Part shown: positions 17,687-25,882 of the stretch, one piece after another
Numbering within the stretch: position 1 is the stretch's first letter
Layout: every line of letters begins with the position of its first letter
Origin: Acidimicrobiia bacterium
GTDB lineage: Bacteria; Actinomycetota; Acidimicrobiia; Spongiisociales; Spongiisociaceae
Direction: 5' to 3'
DNA: 64,000 nt
NCBI GenBank assembly: GCA_041576165.1
Contig: JBFGLM010000001.1
Coordinates: forward strand, 128,001 to 192,000
The notes under the pieces: generated by a model
What the model saw: the letters and a program-made list of their open reading frames with translations, nothing else
What the model was told of the DNA's origin: nothing
Database searches by the model: none
Translations under genes and position numbers: made by a program

Positions 17687-18642
17687 GCGACGAGCGCCCG
17701 TTCGTCGACGAACCGGTGTTCTTCCCCGCCGAGGATGAGACGTTGTTCGGAATCCATTCCCATCCCATCGCCACGCGTCGCGGGGTTGGGGTTGTGATCA
17801 TTGCCGGCGGCGACAACGTGAATGCCGCCATGAGCCGCAACCGCGTGGGCCGGCGGCTCGCACACACTCTGGCAGCCGATGGGTATGACGTCCTCCGATT
17901 CACGTACCACGGCGTTGGTGAGAGCACCGGGGTGGTCGAGGGGTTGCACGTTCACCGGCCCTTCACCACGGACGTCGTCGGGGCCACCGAGTTTCTCGCC
18001 CGCCGCGGGCTCAGCTGTTTCGTACTCATCGGTTCGTGCTTCGGGGCGCGCACGGCCCTGTCCAGCGCCGCGCTGATCCCCGACACGGCCGGCGTGGTGC
18101 TCATCACCCCACCATCCGGCGCCTATGAGCGGGCAGAGGCCATGGCCGAGTGGATGGCCCGGACCCGCTCATTTCGTGAATATGCCCGGCGCGGGTTCAG
18201 CCTCACCAAGCTCCGCGAGATGTTCGACACGGGCAAGCGCCAGACGTACCTGCAGCTCTTCCGCAAGAAGAGCGTCGCCGTGTTCCAGAAGCTGCTCCGC
18301 CGGCTCCGGCTGGTGGAGAGCGGCGAGTATGACTGGGTCAGCCCGATGTTGCTTGAACCTCTGGACGCCATGGTCGAGCGTCAAGTCCCGGTGCTGTTCG
18401 AGTTCGGGACCCACGACGCCTGGGGATCCGAGTTTCGCGACGCCGCCAAGGGGCCGCTGGGCGCCATCCTCCGGCGGGGCGAAGGCCTGATCGAGGTGGT
18501 CGACGACTTGCCCGGGGTTGCCCACGGTTTGGTGCGGGTCCGGGTGCAGGACTCTTTCCTCGACACCACGGTCACCTGGCTGACCAATCGCGTTCCGGGC
18601 CAGCAGCCAGGGCATGAGGAGCAGAGTGCGGTGGCGGTCTGA
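17683..18642 (+). CDS. Alpha/beta-hydrolase-fold protein, Cys-nucleophile class (copy C3)
   Basis: ATGA overlap with R2; YHGVGESTG, GSCFG, FGTHD, GVAHGL; close paralogue of 14332-15270. Confidence 0.82.
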   Translation: MSDERPFVDEPVFFPAEDETLFGIHSHPIATRRGVGVVIIAGGDNVNAAMSRNRVGRRLAHTLAADGYDVLRFTYHGVGESTGVVEGLHVHRPFTTDVVGATEFLARRGLSCFVLIGSCFGARTALSSAALIPDTAGVVLITPPSGAYERAEAMAEWMARTRSFREYARRGFSLTKLREMFDTGKRQTYLQLFRKKSVAVFQKLLRRLRLVESGEYDWVSPMLLEPLDAMVERQVPVLFEFGTHDAWGSEFRDAAKGPLGAILRRGEGLIEVVDDLPGVAHGLVRVRVQDSFLDTTVTWLTNRVPGQQPGHEEQSAVAV

Positions 18643-18654
18643 GCGACCCCCGAC

Positions 18655-19521
18655 TCAGTCGATTCGACGAATCCACGCCGAGGCACGTTCCACGAACGCC
18701 TCTTGTACGGCTACCGACGGGTATCCGTGCAATCGTCCCACTACGGAGGCATCTACTTCGATAGCCGGGGACGCGGCCAGCACTCCCAGCGGCCCTGCCT
18801 GCGCCTCCCGAAACTGGGCGTAGAAATCGTCTTCGGTGCCGTACACGAGGAGCACCCGGCCGCCCCGTCCGGCCACCGCGCGCAGGCCCCCCACCACCGA
18901 GTCCGCAACCCACGGTGTCGGGTTGGCACCCGATGTACGGTACGCCGTCAATGATCGAATCTTGTTCGTGAGGATCCGCAGGTACCGATCCCGGCGGCCG
19001 GCGATCAACAACCCGGCCAGGCCCTTGCGGCCGAAACCCCGCTTGAGAAAGTCGGCGGTCGAGTTGTCCATTGCCTTGCGTTTCTCGGGATCGGCGACGG
19101 GCAAGGCGGACAGCACCAGACCCTCGACGACCGGAAGTTCGGCCGCTACCCCGACGGCCGTTCGCGCCCCGAAACACGAGCCGACCGCATAGATGCGGTG
19201 CACACCCGGTTCGGCGGCGAGCGCGTTGACGATGGCGACGCCGTCGCTCACGAACGGATCGGACAGTGCGAAGGTTTCATTGTTGCCCGTGCTCTCTCCC
19301 ACGCCGCGGAAGCCGACGCGAAGGACTGTGTATCCGTCGGTAGCGAGACCGCGGGCGAACTCAACCGTCCACCGGTTGCGGTGCGAGGGCAGGTTGTGAT
19401 CGCCGCCTCCGTGCAGCACGACCACCCCCACACCGTTGGGCTCTGCTTGCGGCCGGGTCATGATCCCGAACAGGGTTTCGGAACCGACGTCGATGAAGTG
19501 AGGGCTCTCAGCAACGATCAT
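18655..19521 (-). CDS. Alpha/beta-hydrolase-fold protein, Cys-nucleophile class (copy C4)
   Basis: FRGVGESTG, GSCFG, YGTED, GRLHGY; ATGA overlap with R3. Confidence 0.82.
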   Translation of the reverse strand: MIVAESPHFIDVGSETLFGIMTRPQAEPNGVGVVVLHGGGDHNLPSHRNRWTVEFARGLATDGYTVLRVGFRGVGESTGNNETFALSDPFVSDGVAIVNALAAEPGVHRIYAVGSCFGARTAVGVAAELPVVEGLVLSALPVADPEKRKAMDNSTADFLKRGFGRKGLAGLLIAGRRDRYLRILTNKIRSLTAYRTSGANPTPWVADSVVGGLRAVAGRGGRVLLVYGTEDDFYAQFREAQAGPLGVLAASPAIEVDASVVGRLHGYPSVAVQEAFVERASAWIRRID

Positions 19522-20396
19522 GAGCGGGCCAGCCAGTCGGCAGTCAGGTCAAGTAGCTGTTTTTCTGCCTGGCGGCTCTGAACCGGAGAGGCGTGCTCGT
19601 CGTAGTTGTGGATCCACCACCCGTCGCCGGGCGGCACGATCGCAACGGTAGCTCGACCGCCGGCGCCGGCGACGGCGTCTGCCAGCAGTTGGATCCCCGC
19701 TTTGACCTTCTCGGTCCGGCTGGCCTGAACCATCAGGACGTCGCCCCAGCCGCCGGTCGGGAACTCCGCGGCGAGCGCAGATTCAAACAGCGCCTTGTGG
19801 ATGTGATAGCCGACAACGTCGAGGCGTCCGGTGACCATGAGCTCCTCTCGCATGGCGGCCGAACTGGAAGTTCCCTCATCGCCGGCAATCACGCCGACCA
19901 TCCGCCGGGTGCGGAAGACCTCATCGAAGTAGCGGCTGACGTCCGGCACCGGTTCCCACAGGACCAAGCGAGCGTCGGGCAAGCGGGACGCGACTGCCGC
20001 TGCGACGTAGCCGGCCAGCCGGGTGCCGACAACATCGACCGTCTCCGTCCCGGTCTCTTCTCGCAGCTGGTCCGCCACCCGGAAAGCGTCGTGGATCATC
20101 GAATCCATGGTCAGGTGAACGGCCGATCCGGAGCTATCACCACATCCGAGGTAGTGGAACCGGCCGGCGGCGATGCCGGATTCGGCCAACCGGCGAGCCA
20201 GGCGCACCTCCCGCCCGTAGTTCTGCATGAATTCGGCATAGAGCGGACTGCAGATCAATGTTGCTCGCCGCGCGTCGTTCGCCTCGTGGACGACCACGAA
20301 CATCGGCGGTTCGCCGACAAACCCCGCTACCTCGCGCCCGCTCGGAGTAGAGCGGACAGCTCGCCCGGCGGCCTCGATCCCTGCATGTGAGCTCAT
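19518..20396 (-). CDS. Alpha/beta-hydrolase-fold protein, Arg-elbow class (copy R3)
   Basis: NYGREVRLARRLA, YLGCGDSSG, elbow GTRLA, LWEP. Confidence 0.8.
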   Translation of the reverse strand: MSSHAGIEAAGRAVRSTPSGREVAGFVGEPPMFVVVHEANDARRATLICSPLYAEFMQNYGREVRLARRLAESGIAAGRFHYLGCGDSSGSAVHLTMDSMIHDAFRVADQLREETGTETVDVVGTRLAGYVAAAVASRLPDARLVLWEPVPDVSRYFDEVFRTRRMVGVIAGDEGTSSSAAMREELMVTGRLDVVGYHIHKALFESALAAEFPTGGWGDVLMVQASRTEKVKAGIQLLADAVAGAGGRATVAIVPPGDGWWIHNYDEHASPVQSRQAEKQLLDLTADWLARS

Positions 20397-20526
20397 TCAG
20401 AATCCCCCGGCTTCTGAGCCGGACCAACCCTATGTCGTCCGATGCGTTATCTCAATCCCCTAGCTGGCACTAGTCCGGTTGACCGAGCGGGGACCACACC
20501 TCGCTAGCTCTGGCCGGCAGCATAAG

Positions 20527-20787
20527 ATGGATCAGATGCAGGGGATCCGGGACACCGTCCGGCAGTTCATCGCGGAAGAGCTCGCATCGGGGACGGTGGA
20601 AATCACCGACGACACACCGCTGATCGAGCAAGAGATCATGGACTCGACAGGAATTCTCACGGTGATCGGCTTTCTGGAGGACGAGTACGACATATTCATC
20701 GACGCCGATGACGTGAGTGTCGAACAGTTCCGGACCGTCAACGCTATCGCCGAGCTGGTGCTGGCCAAACAGGCAGAGGGCGAGTAG
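20527..20787 (+). CDS. Acyl/peptidyl carrier protein 2
   Basis: Acidic, about 86 aa, IMDSTG phosphopantetheine site, EQFRTVNAI tail. Confidence 0.88.
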   Translation: MDQMQGIRDTVRQFIAEELASGTVEITDDTPLIEQEIMDSTGILTVIGFLEDEYDIFIDADDVSVEQFRTVNAIAELVLAKQAEGE

Positions 20788-20790
20788 CGG

Positions 20791-21678
20791 ATGGAGCCGG
20801 TCGAATCGGGGGGACGTTGGGCGTGGGTGCCGGGACGTAGATTGATCAAGCGTCTGGCGCGCAGCGCCCGCCTCCGTCTGTACGCGAACCCGGTGCGGCA
20901 GTTGTATGAACGTGGCGTCCTGGACCGCAATCGTTTGACCTGGCCCCAGTTCCTGGGAATCGGCGCTCCCAAGGCCGGCACGACCTGGCTGCATCACAAC
21001 CTCGCGGCACACCCCAACCTCTACCTTCCCGACCGCAAAGAATTGCACTTTTTCACCGGGCATCAGTACCGGGGCGTGCGCTGGTACGCCCGCCAGTTCT
21101 CTGCGGCCGGCGACCGGATGCCGGGCGAGATCACGCCGGGATATGCAACTCTGCCGGCCGCAGAGATCGCCGGAATCCGACGCCTCTTGCCTGATGCGCG
21201 GCTCTTGTTGCTGGTGCGCAATCCGGTCGACCGGGCGTGGTCGCATGCCGTGATGAAGCTGGCGCGCGAAACCGGCCGGGCCATCGACGAGGTCCCCGAT
21301 GCCGAGTACATCGCACACTTCCGAGGCGAACATTCGATGCAACGCGGCGACTACCGCCGCATGATCAGTACGTGGACGTCAGTGTTTCCGTCCGAACGGC
21401 TCTGGGTTTGGTCCTTCGACGACATCATCAACAACCCGCAGCGGCTGTTGACATCAGCTTTTCGACATCTCGGAGTTGATGAGGTGACCGATTGGAGCGG
21501 TTTTCCCTACGCCCAGGTGATCGACCGGGGCGTCCACGGCGGCACCGACGTCTTCGACAAATCGCCGGGGCCGGACATCCCCGAGCGGCTGCGACCGGCG
21601 CTGGAGGACCTCCTGCTGCCCCAGATCGAGCAGCTAGCTGAATGCTGGCCGGAGATCGCCAAACCGTGGCTGCCCTAG
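20791..21678 (+). CDS. Sulfotransferase (Sulfotransfer_1, heparan-sulfotransferase-like motifs)
   Basis: GAPKAGTTWL, KELHFF, GEITPGY, RNPVDRAWS. Confidence 0.9.
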   Translation: MEPVESGGRWAWVPGRRLIKRLARSARLRLYANPVRQLYERGVLDRNRLTWPQFLGIGAPKAGTTWLHHNLAAHPNLYLPDRKELHFFTGHQYRGVRWYARQFSAAGDRMPGEITPGYATLPAAEIAGIRRLLPDARLLLLVRNPVDRAWSHAVMKLARETGRAIDEVPDAEYIAHFRGEHSMQRGDYRRMISTWTSVFPSERLWVWSFDDIINNPQRLLTSAFRHLGVDEVTDWSGFPYAQVIDRGVHGGTDVFDKSPGPDIPERLRPALEDLLLPQIEQLAECWPEIAKPWLP

Positions 21679-21738
21679 CCGGCCGGAGCCCCGCAGTCGG
21701 GCGGCCCACAATGTGGCGGATCACCTAGCATCGCGGGC

Positions 21739-22503
21739 ATGGACAGGGGGTTTGTCGCCGGGATTGGGTTGATTCTGGTCGTCGCCGCGTGTGGTGGCGG
21801 GACGTCCCTGCCGGGGGCTCCATCCACCGATGCCACGGCCGTCAGCACCGCTGCAACCTCCCGCGCCTCGACGACCACCGCCCCGCCCGCAACGACGCGC
21901 ACGACCGCGGCCACAACCACCACACCGGCACCAATCGCGGCGACCCCGAGCGAGCTTCCCGAGGGAACCGTCGGCTTCGTCGGATGCTCGGTGTCCCAAA
22001 ACGCAGTCGCGGGATACACCCGTTTCCTGGGCGGCACGCGAATGTGGCCACCGAGCGCCCCCTACGGCGGCGGGTCGCTTGGGCGGTGGGAGCGCGGGCT
22101 ACTTGGTGACAGGAGCCGATACTGGAGCGGGTTTGACGAGCTGCTGGCCGAACACCCAGACACCAAGACGATTTGGTTCTCGCTCTGTACCTTCCGCGGG
22201 GCACCGGTCGACAACGTCGACACGGCGTTGGCGATCCTCACAGAAGTTCGGCGCCGCCTGCCCGACGCAGTGGTCTACGTGTCCGGGCAGCCAACCTATT
22301 CCGGCGGCCACTTCTGCGAGCTGGCGGGCGACACCGGGGCTCAGAAGATGGCGGAGATTGCCGCAGAGCTGGTCAACATGGGGGTGGCCTTGGCGGGACC
22401 GGTGATGGGCCCGCTGGCGGCCGATGAAACCAGCGACGGATGTCACGCCAACGAGACCGGCATGGAGCTGATGGGACGTCAGCTGCTCGACTTCTTCGGA
22501 TGA
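21739..22503 (+). CDS. Lipoprotein with SGNH-like domain
   Basis: Lipobox VVAAC; Thr/Ala-rich linker; FVGCSVS ... SDGCHAN; TAGCAT -10 element 7 nt before ATG. Confidence 0.7.
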   Translation: MDRGFVAGIGLILVVAACGGGTSLPGAPSTDATAVSTAATSRASTTTAPPATTRTTAATTTTPAPIAATPSELPEGTVGFVGCSVSQNAVAGYTRFLGGTRMWPPSAPYGGGSLGRWERGLLGDRSRYWSGFDELLAEHPDTKTIWFSLCTFRGAPVDNVDTALAILTEVRRRLPDAVVYVSGQPTYSGGHFCELAGDTGAQKMAEIAAELVNMGVALAGPVMGPLAADETSDGCHANETGMELMGRQLLDFFG

Positions 22504-22722
22504 ACCCGCTGAGCCCGAGCCAGAAGGGCTGATGCCGTCTCGCAGCCGGGCGGCGCGGCCGGAAATATGGCACGCCGCGACCTGCTCCGGCGCCCGTTCA
22601 GATTGCTGTGAGGCTCGGCTTGGCTCTGCCTATGGTGCGTCGTAGCATGCGTCTGCCGTTCGGACACCGGCCCGCCGGCGGTAGGGAGTGAGGGCCCAGA
22701 AAGGCAGCCCAGAAAGGCAGCG

Positions 22723-23823
22723 ATGGCGAAGAGCACGCCGGAATCCACGGTGAAGCGCATGGGTTGGGTCGGCCGAGCCAGCCGCGGGCGCAACCGTTTC
22801 CTCCCGCTGCTGCTGCTGTTGCTGCTGCTGGCTGCGTGCACTACCGAGGTGCAGCCGCTCAACTCGCTGGACCCGCAGGGGCCCATTGCCGATCAGATCG
22901 ACAATCTGTTCTGGCTCGTGTTCTGGATCGCAACAGCGATCTTCGTCGTCGTCCAGGGTGCGCTGCTGGTCGCGATCTTCGTCTTCCGTGACCGCAAGGG
23001 CCGGACGGAGGTTCCGCGCCAGGTGCACGGAAACGCCAAGCTCGAGATCCTGTGGACGGCGATCCCGACGCTCATCCTCGCCGGCATCGCCGTACCTACC
23101 TTCAGGACCGTCTTCGAACTCGCGGACTGCCCGACCGAGGCGATGCCCGTCGACATCATCGGGCATCAATGGTGGTTCGAGTATCGCTACCCCTGGTATG
23201 ACATCACCACCGCCAACGTGCTCGTGATCCCCACCGACACCGAGGTCTGCGCCAGAATGACCTCGGACGACGTGCTCCACAATTTCTGGGTGCCCAAGCT
23301 GAACGGGAAGCGATATCTGGTACCCGGCCAGCAGACCGAGCTCCGGTTGCTGGCGGTCGAGCCGGGCGAGTATTGGGGACACTGCGCCGAATTCTGCGGA
23401 CTCAGCCACGCCAAGATGCGGGCACGAGTCGAAGCACTATCACAGTCTGAGTTTGAAGCCTGGGTCTCGAATCAGCAGACGCCCGGCGCGATTCTCGAGG
23501 ATGACAGCCTGGCGGCGGCCGGACAGCAAATATTCCTGAACGGCGCATGTACCGGCTGCCACAACATCGCCGGCGTGAACGAGATCAATCCCGACGAGGT
23601 AGCCGTGTACGGTCCCGACCTCACCCACTTCGCTACCCGAAACGTGTTTGCCGGCGCCGTTCTGCCCGACGGACTCAACCCGACGGAGGCCGAGTACGAA
23701 GAGGCGCTTCGGACGTGGCTGGCGAATCCACCGGCAGTCAAGCCCGGCTCCTTCATGGGGAATCAGAACCTCACGGCCGAGGACATCGACGCGTTGATCG
23801 CGTACCTGAGGACGCTGGATTGA
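22723..23823 (+). CDS. ctaC: Cytochrome c oxidase subunit II with fused cytochrome c (caa3-type)
   Basis: Lipobox LAAC; GHQWWFEY; CuA ligands HNFW...CAEFCGLSHAKM; heme c motif CTGCH. Confidence 0.95.
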   Translation: MAKSTPESTVKRMGWVGRASRGRNRFLPLLLLLLLLAACTTEVQPLNSLDPQGPIADQIDNLFWLVFWIATAIFVVVQGALLVAIFVFRDRKGRTEVPRQVHGNAKLEILWTAIPTLILAGIAVPTFRTVFELADCPTEAMPVDIIGHQWWFEYRYPWYDITTANVLVIPTDTEVCARMTSDDVLHNFWVPKLNGKRYLVPGQQTELRLLAVEPGEYWGHCAEFCGLSHAKMRARVEALSQSEFEAWVSNQQTPGAILEDDSLAAAGQQIFLNGACTGCHNIAGVNEINPDEVAVYGPDLTHFATRNVFAGAVLPDGLNPTEAEYEEALRTWLANPPAVKPGSFMGNQNLTAEDIDALIAYLRTLD

Positions 23824-23842
23824 TGATCGAAGGGGAGGATTG

Positions 23843-25882
23843 ATGGCAACCACCACGGCACCATCCGCGAACGCCACCACGACCATCTTCCGGCGGCCGA
23901 CGTCACCTTCCGGGATCTGGTCCTGGATCACCACAGCCGATCACAAGAAGATCGGGATCCTCTACGGGTACACCGCGTTTGTGTTCTTCCTCCTCGGTGG
24001 TATCGAGGCGCTCCTGCTCCGCATCCAACTCGCCGGGCCCGACGGAGCTTTTCTGACCGCGGCCGAATACAACAGCCTGTTTACCACCCACGCGCTCACG
24101 ATGATCTTCCTCTTCGTGATGCCGGCATCTGCCGCGTTCTTCAACTATTTGCTTCCCTTGATGATCGGCGCACGTGATGTGGCGTACCCGCGGATGAACG
24201 CGGTCAGCTACTGGATCTTTTTGTTCGGCGGCATCTATCTGTATTCCAGCCTCATCTTCGGAACATCCCCCGCCCCGGTTGGTGGCAATCTGGTGGGTGG
24301 AGCGACCGACGCCAGCTTCCTCGGGGGGATTCCCAACGGCGGCTGGTTCATGTACGCCCCCAACAGCGGCCTCGAATATTCTCCCGGCACCTCGCTCGAT
24401 TACGCCGCAGTCGGTCTACAGATCCTGGGGGCGGCCTCGCTGATCTCGTCGGTGAACTTCATCGTCACTATCTTCAACATGCGGGCGCGGGGCATGCGCA
24501 TGCTGCGGATGCCGGTGTTCGTGTGGATGACGCTGATCGTGGCGTTCCTGCTGCTCTTCTCGCTGCCCATAATCGCCATTGCGTTGTTCATGCTGACCTT
24601 CGACCGCCAGTTCGGCACCTTGTTCTTCGTGGCCGAGCAGGGTGGTGATCCGGTCCTCTGGCAGCACCTTTTCTGGCTGTTCGGCCACCCGGAGGTGTAC
24701 ATCCTGATCCTCCCGGCGATGGGCATCGTGTCGGAAGTGCTTCCCGTGTTCTCGCGCAAGCCCCTCTTTGGCTATCCCGCCATCGTGTTCGCCGGCGCGG
24801 CCATCGCGTTCCTCGGCTTCGGCGTGTGGGCCCACCACATGTTCTCGTCGGGTATCCCGACGGTCGCCCAGGCCGCGTTCGGGCTCTCGACCATGACGAT
24901 CGCCATCCCGACCGGAATCAAGATCTTCAACTGGTTGGGAACGATGTGGGGCGGGCGGATTCGGCTGACCACACCGATGCTGTTCGCCATCGGATTCGTC
25001 TCCCTGTTCGTCATAGGCGGCCTGTCCGGCGTGACGCACTCGATCGTTCCTTCGGACTGGCAGCAGACCGACACGTACTACATAGTTGCCCACTTCCATT
25101 ACGTGTTGTTCGGGGGCTCCATATTCGGGTTGTTCAGCGGCATGTACTACTGGTTCCCCAAACTCACCGGGCGCATGTACAACGAGGCGCTCGGCAAGAT
25201 CCATTTCTGGCTCATGTTCATCGGCATGAACCTCACCTTCGGGCCGATGCACTGGCTGGGCCTGCAGGGAATGGTGCGGCGCACATGGGTATACAGCGCC
25301 GACGCCGGGCTCGGGATCTGGAACCTCGTCGTGACGATCGGGGCTTTTATCATCGCAGTCTCGATTTTCGTGTTCATGGTCAACTGGTCGTACTCGCGCC
25401 GGCGAGGACAGACCGCTCCCCCCGATCCATGGGACGCGCGGACGCTCGAATGGTCGCTCCCCTCACCCACGCCTGCGTGGAACTTCGGCAAAGAACCCGT
25501 GGTGCACGCCCTCGATGATTTCTGGCATCTGAAATATGAGCCGGTTGAAGGCGGGCGGGTGAAGCGGCGGGAGAACGCCGACGAGATGATCGCCGAACTC
25601 ATGGACCTTCACGCCAACCCGGAGGAGGAGATCCATCTGCCGGCACCCTCCTACTTCCCGTTCTTCGTCGGGCTGGGGGTGCTCCTCATCGGATACGGCA
25701 TCATCTACCACACCCGGCCCTGGGGGATCGCGCTCATCGTCCTCGGGGGACTCATCGCTGTGGGCTCGTTCATGGCGTGGGGTACAGAGCCGCTGGAAGA
25801 AATCCACGACGACCACCACGACGGGCACGAAGGCGACGAGGCGCACCTCGACGCAGCCGACCTAGCCGGGGTGGACGACTGA
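23843..25882 (+). CDS. ctaD: Cytochrome c oxidase subunit I
   Basis: DHKKIG, GHPEVY, WAHHM, AHFHYV. Confidence 0.97.
   Translation: MATTTAPSANATTTIFRRPTSPSGIWSWITTADHKKIGILYGYTAFVFFLLGGIEALLLRIQLAGPDGAFLTAAEYNSLFTTHALTMIFLFVMPASAAFFNYLLPLMIGARDVAYPRMNAVSYWIFLFGGIYLYSSLIFGTSPAPVGGNLVGGATDASFLGGIPNGGWFMYAPNSGLEYSPGTSLDYAAVGLQILGAASLISSVNFIVTIFNMRARGMRMLRMPVFVWMTLIVAFLLLFSLPIIAIALFMLTFDRQFGTLFFVAEQGGDPVLWQHLFWLFGHPEVYILILPAMGIVSEVLPVFSRKPLFGYPAIVFAGAAIAFLGFGVWAHHMFSSGIPTVAQAAFGLSTMTIAIPTGIKIFNWLGTMWGGRIRLTTPMLFAIGFVSLFVIGGLSGVTHSIVPSDWQQTDTYYIVAHFHYVLFGGSIFGLFSGMYYWFPKLTGRMYNEALGKIHFWLMFIGMNLTFGPMHWLGLQGMVRRTWVYSADAGLGIWNLVVTIGAFIIAVSIFVFMVNWSYSRRRGQTAPPDPWDARTLEWSLPSPTPAWNFGKEPVVHALDDFWHLKYEPVEGGRVKRRENADEMIAELMDLHANPEEEIHLPAPSYFPFFVGLGVLLIGYGIIYHTRPWGIALIVLGGLIAVGSFMAWGTEPLEEIHDDHHDGHEGDEAHLDAADLAGVDD

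Noticed and set aside
936-22503. Mobile element or genomic island boundaries
   Set aside because: No integrase, transposase, tRNA or flanking direct repeats seen; a composition shift could not be measured by eye
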